NCBI GenBank assembly: GCA_046724905.1
Contig: JBKOXJ010000129.1
Location: 1 to 43,741, forward strand
Direction: 5' to 3'
Origin: Actinomycetota bacterium
GTDB lineage: Bacteria > Actinomycetota > Thermoleophilia > Gaiellales > Gaiellaceae
DNA length: 43,741 nucleotides
Part shown: one piece after another, positions 41,301-43,741 of the stretch
How the letters are laid out: each line of letters begins with the position of its first letter
Numbering within the stretch: the stretch's first letter is position 1
Notes under the pieces: generated by a model
What the model was told of the DNA's origin: nothing
Database searches by the model: none
Seen by the model: only the letters and a program-made list of their open reading frames with translations
Made by a program: the position numbers and the translations under genes

Positions 41301-42347
41301 GTGCGTAACCGTTCCCGGAACGACGGCAGACACGGCAGGCCTCGGGCCACAATTCGCGACATCGCTAACGCTGCAGGCGTCTCGATCGCGACCGTCTCCC
41401 GCGTCCTGAACGACAGGCCGGACGTCTCGCCGGCCACGCGCGAAGCCGTGCTCCGCGTCGTCCGCGAGCACGGGTTCAGCATGAACCGCAGCGCCCGCGC
41501 GCTCTCGGGAGGGCGCACCGGACTGATCGGGGTCACGCTGCCGATGGTTCACCTCGAGTACTTCAGCCGCATCCTCTGGGGCGCCTCGGAGGCGCTGTAC
41601 GAGCACGACATGCGAGTCGTCCTCTGTCCGACGATGCACGAGCGGGACCGCGAGGTCACTCTGCTCGACCGGCTGCTGCAGGGGACAACGGACGGCGCGC
41701 TGCTCTTGCTGACGAAGGAGTCGAACGAAGATCTCAGGGCGCTGAAGCAGCGGGGCTACGCATTCGTCGTCCTCGATCCCCGTCATCCAGTCGACGAGGG
41801 GACGCCGGTCGTTTCGGCCGCCCACTGGGCGGGCGCGAAGGCTGCGACCGAGCACCTGCTCTCACTGGGGCACCGCCGGATCGGAGCGATCACGGGGCCG
41901 CACGGCTGGGTCGCGAGCGTCCACAGGCTGGACGGGTACCAGGCCGCGCTCGCCGGCGCCGGTGTGCTCGCCGACCCCGACCTGGTCGCCAAGGGCAACT
42001 TCACCAGCGAGAGCGGTCACGGCGGGGCCACGCAGTTGCTGAGCCTGCCCGAGCCGCCGACCGCGATCTTCGCCTTCAACGACGAGATGGCCGTCGGCGC
42101 GATGCGGGCTGCCGAGGAACGAGGGTTCCGGATTCCGGTCGACCTCTCGGTGGTCGGCTTCGACGACGTGGAGAAGACCCAGATCGTCAAGCCCGCGCTC
42201 ACGACCGTGCGTCAGCCGCTCGCAGAGATGGGACGGATGGCCGTCAGCCTGCTCGCCCGTCTGATCGACGGGCAGCCGATCGAAGCAATGCGGGTCGAGC
42301 TCGCGACGAAGCTGATCGTCCGAGACTCGACGGCGCCGCCCGGCTGA
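41301..42347 (+). CDS. LacI-family transcriptional regulator
   Basis: 348 aa. [26 protein letters not shown] plus a sugar-binding-fold domain. The GTG start has essentially no leader. Confidence 0.85.
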   Translation: MRNRSRNDGRHGRPRATIRDIANAAGVSIATVSRVLNDRPDVSPATREAVLRVVREHGFSMNRSARALSGGRTGLIGVTLPMVHLEYFSRILWGASEALYEHDMRVVLCPTMHERDREVTLLDRLLQGTTDGALLLLTKESNEDLRALKQRGYAFVVLDPRHPVDEGTPVVSAAHWAGAKAATEHLLSLGHRRIGAITGPHGWVASVHRLDGYQAALAGAGVLADPDLVAKGNFTSESGHGGATQLLSLPEPPTAIFAFNDEMAVGAMRAAEERGFRIPVDLSVVGFDDVEKTQIVKPALTTVRQPLAEMGRMAVSLLARLIDGQPIEAMRVELATKLIVRDSTAPPG

Positions 42348-42358
42348 CGCGCCCGCCT

Positions 42359-43096
42359 CTACGGCAGAGCCGTCTTCGCCCAGACGGAGACGTGCTTTCT
42401 GCTCTCGCTCGTGAACGGCTCCCGCGTCCAGCCGGCCCAGCGCTCGCGCAGCCTCATCCCGGCGAGCCGCGCCATCAGGTCGAGCTCGGCGGGCCACACG
42501 TAGCGAAACGGCATCGAGAGCGACTCCCACCTCCCGTCCTCGATCCAGTAGTGATGCGAGATCAGGCCCTGCGACACGACGTCGTACTCGTCGAAGCCGA
42601 GCCTCGTCGGGGTGACGGTGAACGGGCGGACGGTCTCGCCGGGCGGCAGGCGCTGAAGAGCGGGGACGCCGACCTCGATCACGAATGTTCCCCCGGGCTC
42701 GAGGTGGTCGGCGGCGTTCTGGAAGCAGGCCACCTGCTCGTCCTGCGTCGTCAGGTTGTTGATCGTGTTGAAGACGAGGTAGGCGACGGAGAACGTCCCC
42801 GCGACCCTCGTCGTCGCGAAGTCGCCGATCGTCACGTCGATCCGATCTGCGCCGGGCTTCTCGCGCAGCCTCGCAACCATCGCCTCGGACAGGTCGATCC
42901 CGTGCACGCTGACGCCTCGCTGCGCCAGCGGGAGCGCGATCCGGCCCGTGCCGATCCCGAGCTCGAGCGCGGCGCCGTCGCCGGCGAGGTCGGCGAGGAA
43001 GTCGACGACCGGGTCGACCACCGCCGGGTCGAACATCTCGGCCGACGACTCGTCGTAGCGCGCCGCGACCTGCTCGCCGAAGTGATCCTCGGGCAC
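42359..43096 (-). CDS. class I SAM-dependent methyltransferase
   Basis: 245 aa. Motif I ALELGIGTGRIALPLA, an acidic loop HGIDLS, and ..LEPGGTFVIE.. . Confidence 0.8.
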   Translation of the reverse strand: MPEDHFGEQVAARYDESSAEMFDPAVVDPVVDFLADLAGDGAALELGIGTGRIALPLAQRGVSVHGIDLSEAMVARLREKPGADRIDVTIGDFATTRVAGTFSVAYLVFNTINNLTTQDEQVACFQNAADHLEPGGTFVIEVGVPALQRLPPGETVRPFTVTPTRLGFDEYDVVSQGLISHHYWIEDGRWESLSMPFRYVWPAELDLMARLAGMRLRERWAGWTREPFTSESRKHVSVWAKTALP

Positions 43097-43186
43097 CGGG
43101 GCACTCTGCCAGAGTCCGCGGCAGAGGACGCTCCGGTCGAGCTACGTCGGTAGTTCGACGCCGTGGCAGAGGAGCTGCACTGCCGG

Positions 43187-43741
43187 TCAAGAAGCGGAGG
43201 CCGGCACGCGCTGCGCGCGCGCTCTGGCCCGCGCCTCGCGCCACCAGATGAACTCGTATGCCTGGAGCGCGAACCACACGGCTGCCACGAGCGCCAACGC
43301 GACGAGTGCGGGTACCGAGACCGCCACGGGCAATAGTGCCGCGCAGGCGACGGCGGCGGCGAAGCGGCCGCGCCCGGGCGTTCGGGCAACGCGCAGCCGG
43401 ACGGCCACGTACGCCGACAGATAGAGCGCGGGCCCCCGCAGAGCCCGAGCGCAGGGATCGTGGAGAGCTCCTCGTCCACATGCGTGAGCGTCGTCTTTAT
43501 CGCGAACGCGAACAGGACGATGCCCGCCACCATCGGCAGGTGCAGGTACGAGTACGCATCCCTCGCCAGCACGGCGCGCTTCGCCCCGGTCGCCTCGGCC
43601 AGCCGGGCCTGCGCGACGTAGATCACCCAGTCGAAGTACGACCACCACAGGCAGGCGGCGACGGTGATCCCGAGGAGCGCGGCGGCGATCACGCCGCCGT
43701 CGAGCGGCACCTCGGCAGCCCCGACCCCGATCGCCACGATC
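43187..43741 (-). pseudogene. LtrA (low-temperature-requirement A)-like membrane protein, 3' part, with an apparent 1-nt frameshift; 5' end outside the window
   Basis: The upstream frame reads ..CLWWSYFDWVIYV..ARDAYSYLHLPMVAGIVLFAFAIK..IPALGLCGG. The sensible continuation (..ALYLSAYVAVRLRV..VAAVWFALQAYEFIWW.. stop at 43187) is in another frame. The switch falls in the G/C run around 43427-43440. Confidence 0.55.

Noticed and set aside
1-43741. Searched by eye for tRNA/rRNA genes, CRISPR repeat arrays, IS elements, integrases, toxin-antitoxin pairs and phage genes.
   Set aside because: I found no T-loop-like GGTTCGAATCC motifs, no regularly spaced direct repeats, no transposase or integrase signatures and no obvious TA-sized gene pairs. 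A manual scan can miss small or degenerate elements.

Overview
This is a high-G+C (about 70% by eye) chromosomal segment, probably from an actinobacterium. The lineage guess (Thermoleophilia or Rubrobacter-like) rests only on composition, apparent leaderless starts and protein style. Coding density is very high and almost every gap is short. Because of the G+C bias, the six-frame track is full of long spurious overlapping ORFs. I kept only frames with recognisable motifs, protein-like composition and sensible gene junctions (ATGA/GTGA overlaps, Shine-Dalgarno sequences).

Content from left to right:
- A GST gene.
- A sulfur/persulfide-type operon: an ArsR-rhodanese fusion regulator, an MBL-fold dioxygenase-like enzyme, an MFS transporter and two YeeE/YedE membrane proteins.
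- An ArsM/UbiE-like methyltransferase pseudogene, split by an antisense GNAT gene that looks lower in G+C.
- A large LAL/LuxR regulator, divergent from an ABC-2 exporter and two lipoprotein serine hydrolases.
- A RibD-C/DHFR-like gene.
- A cytoplasmic BNR/Asp-box propeller translationally coupled to a MoaD/ThiS-like protein ending in Gly-Gly.
- A MarR divergon (MmcQ and a hydrolase on one side, a DHA2 MFS pump and small proteins on the other).
- A polyol-type sugar locus: Zn-dehydrogenase, two permeases, a binding protein, LacI and a ROK fructokinase.
- FtsH, and a cysteine-less DksA-like protein.
- Two coupled secreted proteins of unknown function.
- An ArsR-SRPBCC pair, and a YCII gene with a COG4941-type sigma factor.
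- An SDR, and dinB with a perfect LexA SOS box.
- A GH1 beta-glucosidase with an Opp/Dpp-type ABC importer and a divergent LacI.
- A SAM methyltransferase, and a frameshifted LtrA-like gene at the right edge.

I found no tRNA or rRNA genes, CRISPR arrays, transposases or integrases. I do not see a compelling, clearly novel multi-gene system. The best candidates for follow-up are the BNR-propeller/ubiquitin-like pair, the ArsR-rhodanese sulfur operon, the secreted protein pair, the split methyltransferase with its GNAT insert, and the sigma factor that lacks a canonical start codon. All family calls come from motif recognition by eye; no database search was run.
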